A stretch of DNA of 43,434 bases from Candidatus Eiseniibacteriota bacterium (GTDB taxonomy: Bacteria; Arandabacterota; Arandabacteria; Arandabacterales; Arandabacteraceae). The notes beneath the pieces were generated by a model. It searched no databases, had not been told where the DNA came from, and worked only from the letters and a program-made list of their open reading frames with translations. Shown here one piece after another: positions 7,619 to 16,193 of the stretch. Position 1 is the stretch's first letter. Each line of letters opens with the position of its first letter. A program made the translations under genes and the position numbers. The stretch lies in contig JBDRNT010000096.1 in NCBI GenBank assembly GCA_043810925.1, forward strand, positions 1 to 43,434. Reading direction: 5' to 3'.

Positions 7619-9088
7619 TCAGCCGGGTTTGACCAGCGATGCTGCAGTACGCAGCCCCTGCCCGATATCACGCCACTTCATTCCGAGGACACCAAGCAGG
7701 CCGAGACTGAAACCACAGGCTGCAACGAGTCTTACGAGCCACATGCAGCGCAACCCGCCGCGATCCAGCCAGGCGACCAGACCTATTAGGGCTCCCGCCA
7801 GAATGGTCCCGCCAAGTGTGCGTGCCAGCCTGAACGGAATCCGGTAATGACGCTGCGAGAACGCAAGGATGGCGACTGCCATCACGAGATTGGTGGCAAG
7901 TGTAGCAAGCGCGGCACCCTGTTTCCCCATTCCCGGAATCAACTGGATGTTGAGCACCACATTGAGCGCAGCACAGGCGGTTACGGTCACGGCAAGTACC
8001 CTGGTCTTTCCCGCCACATAGAGCCCCGAGGAGAAGACTATCGAGAAGCCGTAGAAAACAAGCGACCCTGCCAGGAGTGGAATGACCGAGGCGGACTCCG
8101 CGTACTCGGCGCTCCCGACCAGTCCGACTATGCCCCGCGCGAAAAGCGACAGCAGGAAACCTATCTCGACCAGGAAGAAAGAGAAGTAAAGATGTGCGCG
8201 CGAGAACATGTCGTTCGCGCCGGGTTTGGAGTGGTTTGAGAATATGAATTGCGGCCACGCCAGGTTTAAGGACATGATCGGTAGCACAAGCAGCAGGCAT
8301 ATCTCATGGGCATACTGGTACAGGCCGACCTCCGACAGGGCCATGCCACCGCCGGTCAGCCGTCTTAAGAGATAGATGTCCGAATAAGCCAGCACCCACA
8401 TCGCGAGATTCATCGGTACCAGAGGACTTCCGAACTCGATCACCGAACGGAAGATGCGTCTGGAAAACGCCGTTGCATACCGGCGCAGGAGCCGGCCATA
8501 GATCACCAACCCGATCGCGACCGGCGGGATCGCGCTCCCGATCAGCAACCCGACCGCTCCCTTCCTCAGTGCGACGACCAGGGTTATCGACAGGATAAGG
8601 GCGAGCACGCCCTTGGCCAGGGTATAAACGACGTACCTGCGCGATCTCGCGTGCGCCCGCTCGAAGGAGAGGCCTACCTGCAACAAAGCGTTGCCGAGCC
8701 CGCCGGCTATACCGATCAGAATCAGAGTCTTGTACTGCCCCGATCCCAGCAGGAACTCCGAGAGTGGACCGGCCAGCAGCACACAGCCCAGGGCTATCGC
8801 TACCGCGAGCATCGACGAAGCGACAAGAATCGTCGATACGATCCTGCACCGCCGCTCTTCGTCCGGGGCCTCATTTACAAACTTGATCAGGGAAGAACTC
8901 AGTCCCAGCTCGGATATGATCCCGAGCAGTGTTATGAAGATCAGCACGACCGAGGCTTTCCCGTATTCTTCAGCGGGGACGTAACGGGCTATGATAGGAA
9001 CAAGAGCGGCACGCGCTATCCCGCCCACCATGGTGCCGACACCGTAAACCCCGGTGTGCCTGGCGAGATCACCTATCTTTGTTGACAT
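7619..9088 (-). CDS. wzx: Wzx-type oligosaccharide/polysaccharide flippase (MOP family)
   Basis: About 12-14 TM segments; HTGVYGVG, EEYG, ELGLSSSLIKF, SDIYLL, EVGLYQYA, LNVVLNIQLIP-GAALAT signatures. Confidence 0.85.
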   Translation of the reverse strand: MSTKIGDLARHTGVYGVGTMVGGIARAALVPIIARYVPAEEYGKASVVLIFITLLGIISELGLSSSLIKFVNEAPDEERRCRIVSTILVASSMLAVAIALGCVLLAGPLSEFLLGSGQYKTLILIGIAGGLGNALLQVGLSFERAHARSRRYVVYTLAKGVLALILSITLVVALRKGAVGLLIGSAIPPVAIGLVIYGRLLRRYATAFSRRIFRSVIEFGSPLVPMNLAMWVLAYSDIYLLRRLTGGGMALSEVGLYQYAHEICLLLVLPIMSLNLAWPQFIFSNHSKPGANDMFSRAHLYFSFFLVEIGFLLSLFARGIVGLVGSAEYAESASVIPLLAGSLVFYGFSIVFSSGLYVAGKTRVLAVTVTACAALNVVLNIQLIPGMGKQGAALATLATNLVMAVAILAFSQRHYRIPFRLARTLGGTILAGALIGLVAWLDRGGLRCMWLVRLVAACGFSLGLLGVLGMKWRDIGQGLRTAASLVKPG

Positions 9089-10205
9089 GGCGGCGCGGAT
9101 TGGGTAAGTAGTTGCCTTCTTCGTCCACCCATCCCAATTCCTTGTACATGGCGTAGATGCTCTTCACGAGTTTCTCCGGGTCATGGTATTGCTCAACGAA
9201 GCGCCTGCCCTCGGCACCCTTCCGCTTCCTGAGTTCACGGTTCAAGATCACTTCTTCCAGTCGTTCCGGCAGATTGGATGAGGTAACTGTGATGAACGGA
9301 TGATCCGGCAAGAAGGCGTCAAACTCCGGGGTGAAGCTCGTCAATGTCGGAATACCCATGGAGAGCGTCTCGAGTGAATTCACACCGTAGCCCGTCCCTC
9401 CTCTGTCACCTATCTGGTCTATCGCGATGTCACATGTGGCCTTGATCCGGATCGCTTCCTCATGCGGTTTACCCTCGATGAGCACCAGCTCGACGTCGTA
9501 TTCGCGTTCCATCTGCCTGCAGACCTCGATGATCCTGTTGCTGCCCTTCAAGAGCCTGCTTCTTGGAGCGTGGCAAATCCTCAACCTCTGGTTCTCATCC
9601 GTCCTGACCGGGTAGTCCGCATACTCAAACGGGAGAAAGCTGAACCTGAGGTTGGGATGGAGACTGAGATGGTCGAACTCGGTTGTGATATTCAGATCGC
9701 TGAGCATGTCGATCTCCGGTATCACACCCCTGTCCCTGAGATCCGTGCCCAGGTAGTAGCACACGATCCGCTTGCCCATCGCCTTGAGCTTCTTCACTAT
9801 CCGCGAGTCCCTGAAGAAGCCGCTGCCGCTTTCAAGATGATAGATGTCGAAGCTTAAGAGATCATGACGTTCAATTACTGAGTAGATCTTCGGCGCCCAG
9901 AGCGTATCACGCAGAGCGAAAAGCAGCGTCTCCAGCCTGCTCCTCGGCTGCCAGACACGCGCACCACTTGCGTCTATTGTCTTTGGGGCTCCACCGTGAA
10001 TCAGGTTGACGGCCTTCTTCACCGCCATATCGAAACGGCTGCCTTTGACAAGCGGCAGGTCCAGACAGATGTCTTCGTCGAAGTCGCTGGCACAGTGGGA
10101 CAGCGTGACCAGTCTGCTGTGATTGCCCAGCTTGTTGTGGTACCTGACGAACGTGGAGGCGCTCCCAACCCAGTTCTGGTCGCACAGGTGGAGGATCTTA
10201 AGCAC
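9069..10205 (-). CDS. GT-B glycosyltransferase (GT4-like)
   Basis: KILHL N-terminus; HAPRSRLLKG; DIAIDQIG...GYGVNSLETLSMGIP; RKRKGAEGRRFVEQYHD. Confidence 0.8.
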   Translation of the reverse strand: MLKILHLCDQNWVGSASTFVRYHNKLGNHSRLVTLSHCASDFDEDICLDLPLVKGSRFDMAVKKAVNLIHGGAPKTIDASGARVWQPRSRLETLLFALRDTLWAPKIYSVIERHDLLSFDIYHLESGSGFFRDSRIVKKLKAMGKRIVCYYLGTDLRDRGVIPEIDMLSDLNITTEFDHLSLHPNLRFSFLPFEYADYPVRTDENQRLRICHAPRSRLLKGSNRIIEVCRQMEREYDVELVLIEGKPHEEAIRIKATCDIAIDQIGDRGGTGYGVNSLETLSMGIPTLTSFTPEFDAFLPDHPFITVTSSNLPERLEEVILNRELRKRKGAEGRRFVEQYHDPEKLVKSIYAMYKELGWVDEEGNYLPNPRRHVNKDR

Positions 10206-10946
10206 CTATTCCACCTCACCCAGAAGCCTCAGGATGTTACTCCCGAGCACCTTCTGTCTATCCTCAGCGGACAGCGTGAGCGCGTCAACCAGACCCAGAT
10301 ACATCCTGGGGTGCCCGAGCGGGAAATCGCTGCCGAAAATCACCCTGTCCGCACCAAGCTCGTCTATCGTCCTTTGAACCGCCCAGTATTCCCTGACGCC
10401 TTCTATGCCGAGATAGACATTGGCTAAAGCGCGCTCCTTGATCGCGTCGGTGGTCGCCATCTCCAGTTCGGGCGTGTCGCCGCCCATGTGGGACAAAATG
10501 AAATTGATATCCGGATACTTCCCGGCAACGTCAAGAGCCAGTCGATAACTGCTCATCTCCTGCCACCGGCCGCAGTGAATCATGACCGGTACATGCTGCC
10601 TCTCTGCAAACTCAAGAAAGGGCACCACTCGCTCATCCGTCGCCTTTATCCTGTCGCAGGAAGGGTGGAGTTTGATCCCATTGACCCCGGCCTTACGCTC
10701 CTCGACGAAGTCGAGAACGCCGGCGACACCGGGGTTGACCCATGGGACGAACCAGTACCGCTTCTTCCGTACACCTTCTATGAACTCGAGCACGAGATCG
10801 TTGCGCCGAAGATCGGTGGCCGTCAATACGGCGCCGTCGATGTCACAATCGACCAGGCAGTCCTCAAGCGCCTGAAGCGGCACCCCCCTGCCCAGAAACC
10901 GCTCGGCACTCCAGTAACCGGCATGAATGTGTCCGTCTATGATCAA
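10206..10946 (-). CDS. Amidohydrolase family protein (Amidohydro_2-like TIM barrel)
   Basis: IIDGHIH, GIKLHP, VMIHCG, ILSHMGG, RVIFGSDFP metal-binding motifs; TTG start. Confidence 0.85.
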   Translation of the reverse strand: MIIDGHIHAGYWSAERFLGRGVPLQALEDCLVDCDIDGAVLTATDLRRNDLVLEFIEGVRKKRYWFVPWVNPGVAGVLDFVEERKAGVNGIKLHPSCDRIKATDERVVPFLEFAERQHVPVMIHCGRWQEMSSYRLALDVAGKYPDINFILSHMGGDTPELEMATTDAIKERALANVYLGIEGVREYWAVQRTIDELGADRVIFGSDFPLGHPRMYLGLVDALTLSAEDRQKVLGSNILRLLGEVE

Positions 10947-11905
10947 CTTTCGTTCCCCTCAAGATCGAAACGGTAATGTTCCCTCACATATGTCCTGGTC
11001 GCGAACTTGGATTTGAACCTGATCAGGCCCCAGTCCGGCCGGCCGCTACGTGAGACCGTGCCCAGGTCGAAATACCTGTAACCCGACTCCCTGAGTTTGC
11101 GGATTGAGTGAAAGAGTACCGTCTCGGTCACTCTCAACTTCCGCTCTTCGGGATTGACGCAGACATAGAATGAAAGACCGACCCTGTCGTTACACAGTAC
11201 CACAAGCGATCCGCCTACAACTCTATCCTCCATCACCGCTTCAAGCAATACGAGTTTGTCGGGATAGAGGGTGAAGAGGGTTTCGATTTCTTCGAGCGTA
11301 TGAGTAGGACTCACACCCTTGGCGGAGAGGTTCGCCGTCAAGATGCGATAGAAATCCGCCGGGTCGGTACCTGAGCGTATGAGCAGGCCTTCTCTGGCCG
11401 CCTTTCGCAGATTCCGGGCAAGCACCGACTGAAGCCCGTTCTGATCAAAAGTATCAAGGGGCACGACGGCTGTTGCCTCCCTCAAGGTCGGCCTGTAACC
11501 CAGCGAAGTCAGCACAAAACTCAGACCCTGGTGTTCGTTGCGTGAATAGCAAAGAGGAGGCAGCGCGATCTCTGCTCCGGCGAATCCCATGTCCCGCATC
11601 TTCTCGCCGAAAGCTGCAACGGCGTCCTGCATGGTCTTAAGATCGCAGTCGTCGGCGAACACGAACCCGCCGAAAGACGCTCCCGCCGGCGACCTGAAAA
11701 TCCTGCCTGTGTGCTTGCCTACGGCCGCGCCGGGCACCACGCAGATCAGCCGGCCCCGGTCCCGTATCGCAAAATTGACGAAATCAAACCGTGAGACGGG
11801 ATGGTACGACAGAAACTTAAGCGTATGAAATATCGTGCCGCCTGAACTCGCCCAAACGAATTCGTCCCATTCATCCGAAAAACCTTCGATGCTGAGGATC
11901 TCCAT
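10943..11905 (-). CDS. FemAB-related GNAT acyl/aminoacyl-transferase
   Basis: WDEFV...GTIFHTLKFLSYH, SPAGASFGG, RNLRKA, PTHTLEE, GYRYFDLGT, GLIRFKSKF. Confidence 0.8.
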   Translation of the reverse strand: MEILSIEGFSDEWDEFVWASSGGTIFHTLKFLSYHPVSRFDFVNFAIRDRGRLICVVPGAAVGKHTGRIFRSPAGASFGGFVFADDCDLKTMQDAVAAFGEKMRDMGFAGAEIALPPLCYSRNEHQGLSFVLTSLGYRPTLREATAVVPLDTFDQNGLQSVLARNLRKAAREGLLIRSGTDPADFYRILTANLSAKGVSPTHTLEEIETLFTLYPDKLVLLEAVMEDRVVGGSLVVLCNDRVGLSFYVCVNPEERKLRVTETVLFHSIRKLRESGYRYFDLGTVSRSGRPDWGLIRFKSKFATRTYVREHYRFDLEGNES

Positions 11906-11908
11906 GCT

Positions 11909-13024
11909 TCACTTCCCCGCAATCAACCTCTGGGTGCATTCCTTAAGACTCGTCACTACCTGGCGGACCGTCTCTTCCTCCATCGAAGCATATATCGGCA
12001 GTGCCAGGGAATGTCTGAAAGCATGGTATGACGACGGGAATTTCCCGGGCTTGTGTCCGAGCATTTCTCGATAGAAGGGCTGGACATGGATCGAATAGGT
12101 CCCGATCGCAGTCTCGACCCCCTTCTTCCGCATTGAAGCTATCAAACCGTCCCTGTCTATACGCGCATCCACCATGGTCACATACGACTGGTAGGTGTGA
12201 AACATGCCATCCGGCTCGAGCGGCGCGGTGATTTCATCCAACCCGAGGAGCAGCTCATCATAAAGCGCGGCCGCGCGTCTCCTGTCCTGCACCATATCGT
12301 CGATATTCGCCATCTGGGTCACACCCAGACAGGCTTCCATCTCGTTCATTCGCATGTTGTAGCCCGCAAGCACGAATCGGGCACCGCCGTCTGAAACATC
12401 GATCCCGTGGTTGCGGAGCCTCCGGACCGTGTCGGCGGCATCGCTGCGATCTGTAAGCACCATACCGCCTTCGCCTGTGGTCACTATCTTCCTCGGGTGG
12501 AAGCTTATGGCCGATACCTCGCCGAACGAACCGCACCGCCGGCCTTTATAAGACGCGCCCAGAGCACACGCCGAGTCTTCAACAAGAAGCAATTCGCGTT
12601 CGGCACAGATTGTGGTAATGCTATCAAGGTCCGAAGGCAGTCCGAAGAGATCAACAGGCATTATCGCCCGTGTGGCCGGCGTGATTTCAGCAATGACGGA
12701 TTCAGGATCGAGATTGAAAGTCACCGGGTCTATGTCCGCAAGCACAGGTGTCGCCCCCGCGCATACGACCGCGTTGGCCGTGGCGGGAAACGTGAAATCG
12801 GGAAGAACAACCTGGTCGCCTTTGCCGATCCCGATGGACATCACCGCACACTGGATCGCGGATGTACCTGAGTTCAGGGCGACCCCGCAGCCTCTACCGA
12901 CGTAGGCGGCAACCGCCTGTTCGAATGACTCCACGGTCTTGCCCTGTACCAGAAGGCCTCCCTCGAGCAGGGTCTTGAGGCTTGCGTGGGCACCGGCAAC
13001 GTCAGGTCTAGTCAGCCTGATCAT
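11909..13024 (-). CDS. DegT/DnrJ/EryC1/StrS PLP-dependent sugar aminotransferase
   Basis: NSGTSA, FTFPATANAV, EDSACALG, SFHPRKIVTTGEGGM (PLP lysine), GYNMRM, LALPIY. Confidence 0.93.
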   Translation of the reverse strand: MIRLTRPDVAGAHASLKTLLEGGLLVQGKTVESFEQAVAAYVGRGCGVALNSGTSAIQCAVMSIGIGKGDQVVLPDFTFPATANAVVCAGATPVLADIDPVTFNLDPESVIAEITPATRAIMPVDLFGLPSDLDSITTICAERELLLVEDSACALGASYKGRRCGSFGEVSAISFHPRKIVTTGEGGMVLTDRSDAADTVRRLRNHGIDVSDGGARFVLAGYNMRMNEMEACLGVTQMANIDDMVQDRRRAAALYDELLLGLDEITAPLEPDGMFHTYQSYVTMVDARIDRDGLIASMRKKGVETAIGTYSIHVQPFYREMLGHKPGKFPSSYHAFRHSLALPIYASMEEETVRQVVTSLKECTQRLIAGK

Positions 13025-13976
13025 CTGTCTTGCCCCTGTACCACTCGATGGTTCTTGAGAGCCCTTCTTCCAGATCTATCTTCGGCCAGTATCCGAGCAG
13101 GTTCTGCGCTTTCTTGATGCTCGGGATCCGCAGCTCAATGTCGACATAGTCCTTGTGGCCGTACACTACTTCGGACTTCGAGTCACACAACCTCCGGACA
13201 ATCTGCGCCAGATTCGTCACCGTCACGGTGGCACGGGGATTACCGATGTTGAATACGTGACCTATCGCCTCATCTTTTTCGAGACACAGGATCGTGCCGT
13301 CGATCATGTCGTCGACATAGCACCATGCCCTGATCTGGTTTCCGCCGCCGTGGATCACCAGATCCCTGTCTTTGATCGCATCGACCACGAAAGTATGAAT
13401 GGCCCCGATCCCGACCTGCTGCGGACCGTAGACATTGAACGGTCTTACCGTCACGGTCGGCAGACCGAACTCTTTGTGGTAGGAATGAGTCAGGTGTTCG
13501 GCCGCCAGCTTGGACACTGCATACGTCCATCTGGACTCACCTACGACACCCATTGCGGTGGCATTGTGTTCCTCGGCCATATAGACGTGACTCCCGAACA
13601 CCTCGCTGGTGGAGAAGTCGATAAACCTTTCCACCTTCGCTTCCACGGCCGCATCGAGCGCGTTGAGCGTCCCGAGCAGATTGACCTTGATGGTCATCGT
13701 GGGCATCTCCATGACCGTGTCCACACCCGCAATGGCGGCCAGATGAATCACCACGTCACAATCCCTGGTGGCCGCGAAGAGACTGTCCCTGTCAAGCACG
13801 TCGCCCTCTACGATCTCGAGATTGGGACTCGAGCTGAGGTCGGTGTACCGCAAGGCGTTTCTGTGGAGGTTGTCGAAGATCACAACCTTGTTGTTCGCCA
13901 CCAGCCGTTTCGCCAGCTGGCTCCCGATGAAACCGGCACCACCCGTAAGCAGAATTCTCTTGCCTTCGATTCTCAT
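13008..13976 (-). CDS. NAD-dependent nucleotide-sugar epimerase/dehydratase (extended SDR; ArnA-decarboxylase/UXS-like)
   Basis: TGGAGFIG, HLAAIAG, STSEVFG, SRWTYAVSK (YxxxK), RPFNVYGP. Confidence 0.9.
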   Translation of the reverse strand: MRIEGKRILLTGGAGFIGSQLAKRLVANNKVVIFDNLHRNALRYTDLSSSPNLEIVEGDVLDRDSLFAATRDCDVVIHLAAIAGVDTVMEMPTMTIKVNLLGTLNALDAAVEAKVERFIDFSTSEVFGSHVYMAEEHNATAMGVVGESRWTYAVSKLAAEHLTHSYHKEFGLPTVTVRPFNVYGPQQVGIGAIHTFVVDAIKDRDLVIHGGGNQIRAWCYVDDMIDGTILCLEKDEAIGHVFNIGNPRATVTVTNLAQIVRRLCDSKSEVVYGHKDYVDIELRIPSIKKAQNLLGYWPKIDLEEGLSRTIEWYRGKTDDQAD

Positions 13977-13982
13977 GTTATC

Positions 13983-16193
13983 TCACCTGATGATAGCCAC
14001 TCTTCCTATGAACTCACTTCCATCCTCGGCATATGCATGGTAGATGTAGATGCCGGATGTAGTCTCGTTTGCCTCCATCATGTCCTCAGTCCACGCCGAC
14101 GCCGCTTCTATGTCAGCCACCAGCTCACCCGCCAGTGTGTAGATCCGAACTCTTGAGCCGGGGAGAAAGCCTCTGAATCTCACGTCATCGACATACCCCG
14201 CGGGTCCGCCATCAGGGTCGTATACGAGCGCGCCCTCCACATAAGGGTTCGGGTAAACGTCGACCCATGCCTGTTCGCGGGTCTCTTCCCGGCGGAGCAT
14301 GTGGATGCCTCCCCCCGCGGTGCCTATCCATAGTGCCCCATCGGCACCGAGCGCAACGGCCTTTACGTCGGTATCGGGGAGCGGACTGTTGGATCCGTCG
14401 TAGTGCTCGAGATCGTCCTGGAAATCATCCCAGCTTGTGCCGAAACCCTTCAGTGCGTAAAGACCAAGCTCGGTCGCGACCCACTTGGACCCCAACCGGT
14501 CGATCTCTATGTCCCAGACGACACCCAGCGTGGAACTCACGATGTGCCACTGGCCGTCATAGCAGCTCAGTCCTCCGGAATTCGCCAGCCACACAACACC
14601 GTAGGGATCCATCTCGATGTCGTAGGCGGATCCGGCCTTGAAGCCGTCGTCGGCCGTCCACACCCTGCAGTCATCGTCACTCTTATCCAGGCAATCGGCA
14701 CCCGGATCGATCATGTGGATCTTCTCCTCGTCATAGTCGCCCAGGAAGTAGCTGCCGCCGGGTCCCGGCCCGACCGCGGTCACCACCTCGTGGGTAAGGC
14801 ATTCGGGGTCCTCGGTCTCGTTGTAGTGAATGATATCGGTGCCGCCGCACAGTACCCCGAGCCCGGCTCCGAAGTAGTACTCGGCAAATGCCACCGTGCC
14901 GCTTCCGTCGATGTATATGTCGGCAATCACCCTGCTGTCCAGCATGTCCAGGTGCGAAGTCCACTCGCCGGTGTCGATGTCGTAGCGCAGGAGGTCTCCA
15001 CCGCCGCCCCAGAACCCGATCCAGACCGACCGGTCCACCGGGCTTGTGTCCACGCAGAACGCCCAATTCGATGGCATGGTATTGGGCGGAGGCGTATCCT
15101 TGTTGAGTTGCTCCCAGGAGAGGCCGTCAAACCTGAGAACACCCCTGTTTGCGCCCTCACCGGCTCCCCAGCGGTTCCCGGTCATGCACCAGACTGTACC
15201 GTTGGCATCAACCTCAATGGCATCAACGTAATTCCCCGCCGGGCCGCTGGCCCTGTGAAGTACCCAGGCCGTATCCGCCAGGGCGGCGATCCCGCTGTGC
15301 GTCCCCAGCCACAGCGTGCCGTCGTTTCCCAAGAATATCGGTCGCGTGTCTCGCAGGTTCTGAGCAAGGCCCCACACGTCCGGATCACGGACCCACGAGG
15401 AGTTAGTGAAGTCATACTTGGCAGGCCCGTTGCTTCCGGCAACCCAGACGACAGAGTCCGACGCCACGATGTCGCGAAGAAGATCGGCTCTGATGAACTG
15501 CTTGGACACAAGATCCAGGTCCGTCCCGTCATAGGTATATATCGAATCATCGGTCACGATCCAGAAAAGCGCTTTCTCATCGTAGTCCAGACTGTGCGGT
15601 ACCGGCCCATCCATAAGGGTTGTCCAGACCCTGTTTTCGAAACTATAGGCAAAGAGACCGCACTCGGTCCCGATCAGCATCTCATCGTCGCTCAAGGCGA
15701 CATCAAGCACAGAACTGCAGTCCGGGTGATCCCAGTCGTCGCCTATGAAGAAGGTCCTGGCTTCCCCACCCTCAAAGAGCGAGACACCGCCCCCGGTCCC
15801 GACGATGGTCCTGGCTCCCCACGTGGCGATGCTCGTTATCTCATCCTTTGGAAGATCGAGGTACTGGGTGCCGTGGAATTCCCACGTGCCGTCGCTCAGC
15901 AATACCGACACACCATCGTCTTCAGTTCCTATCCAGAGTCTGTCACCCGAATCCAGGGCAACGGCGGTTATCCGGTTGGCCGTCAGCCCTCCGACCGTCT
16001 TGACTATCTTGCCGTCGGCGCCTGTTAGAGGATCGTAGATTACGACCCCGCCGGTAGAGCCCCAGTAGACGTACGAGTCGTCCGCACAGATCGACGCGAC
16101 CCAGTCAGAATGCAGATGACTCTCCCACTGACCCCCGAGTGAAGCCGAGACGGCAATCCCGGTCGTAGCCACAACCACCAAGAAGTACTTCAT
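13983..16193 (-). CDS. PorZ-like beta-propeller protein with T9SS-type C-terminal domain
   Basis: Signal peptide; repeated Reg_prop-type blades (LWIGT, LWLGT, KWVATELGL, NSPLPDTDV..V...DGALWIGTAGG); C-terminal VYPNP...VRIYTLAGELV...SGIYIY...GRVAIIR, as in PorZ. Confidence 0.75.
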   Translation of the reverse strand: MKYFLVVVATTGIAVSASLGGQWESHLHSDWVASICADDSYVYWGSTGGVVIYDPLTGADGKIVKTVGGLTANRITAVALDSGDRLWIGTEDDGVSVLLSDGTWEFHGTQYLDLPKDEITSIATWGARTIVGTGGGVSLFEGGEARTFFIGDDWDHPDCSSVLDVALSDDEMLIGTECGLFAYSFENRVWTTLMDGPVPHSLDYDEKALFWIVTDDSIYTYDGTDLDLVSKQFIRADLLRDIVASDSVVWVAGSNGPAKYDFTNSSWVRDPDVWGLAQNLRDTRPIFLGNDGTLWLGTHSGIAALADTAWVLHRASGPAGNYVDAIEVDANGTVWCMTGNRWGAGEGANRGVLRFDGLSWEQLNKDTPPPNTMPSNWAFCVDTSPVDRSVWIGFWGGGGDLLRYDIDTGEWTSHLDMLDSRVIADIYIDGSGTVAFAEYYFGAGLGVLCGGTDIIHYNETEDPECLTHEVVTAVGPGPGGSYFLGDYDEEKIHMIDPGADCLDKSDDDCRVWTADDGFKAGSAYDIEMDPYGVVWLANSGGLSCYDGQWHIVSSTLGVVWDIEIDRLGSKWVATELGLYALKGFGTSWDDFQDDLEHYDGSNSPLPDTDVKAVALGADGALWIGTAGGGIHMLRREETREQAWVDVYPNPYVEGALVYDPDGGPAGYVDDVRFRGFLPGSRVRIYTLAGELVADIEAASAWTEDMMEANETTSGIYIYHAYAEDGSEFIGRVAIIR

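Noticed and set aside
14403-16028. 541-aa + strand ORF
   Set aside because: Antisense shadow of the PorZ-like gene, expected from GC-rich codon bias; no motifs.
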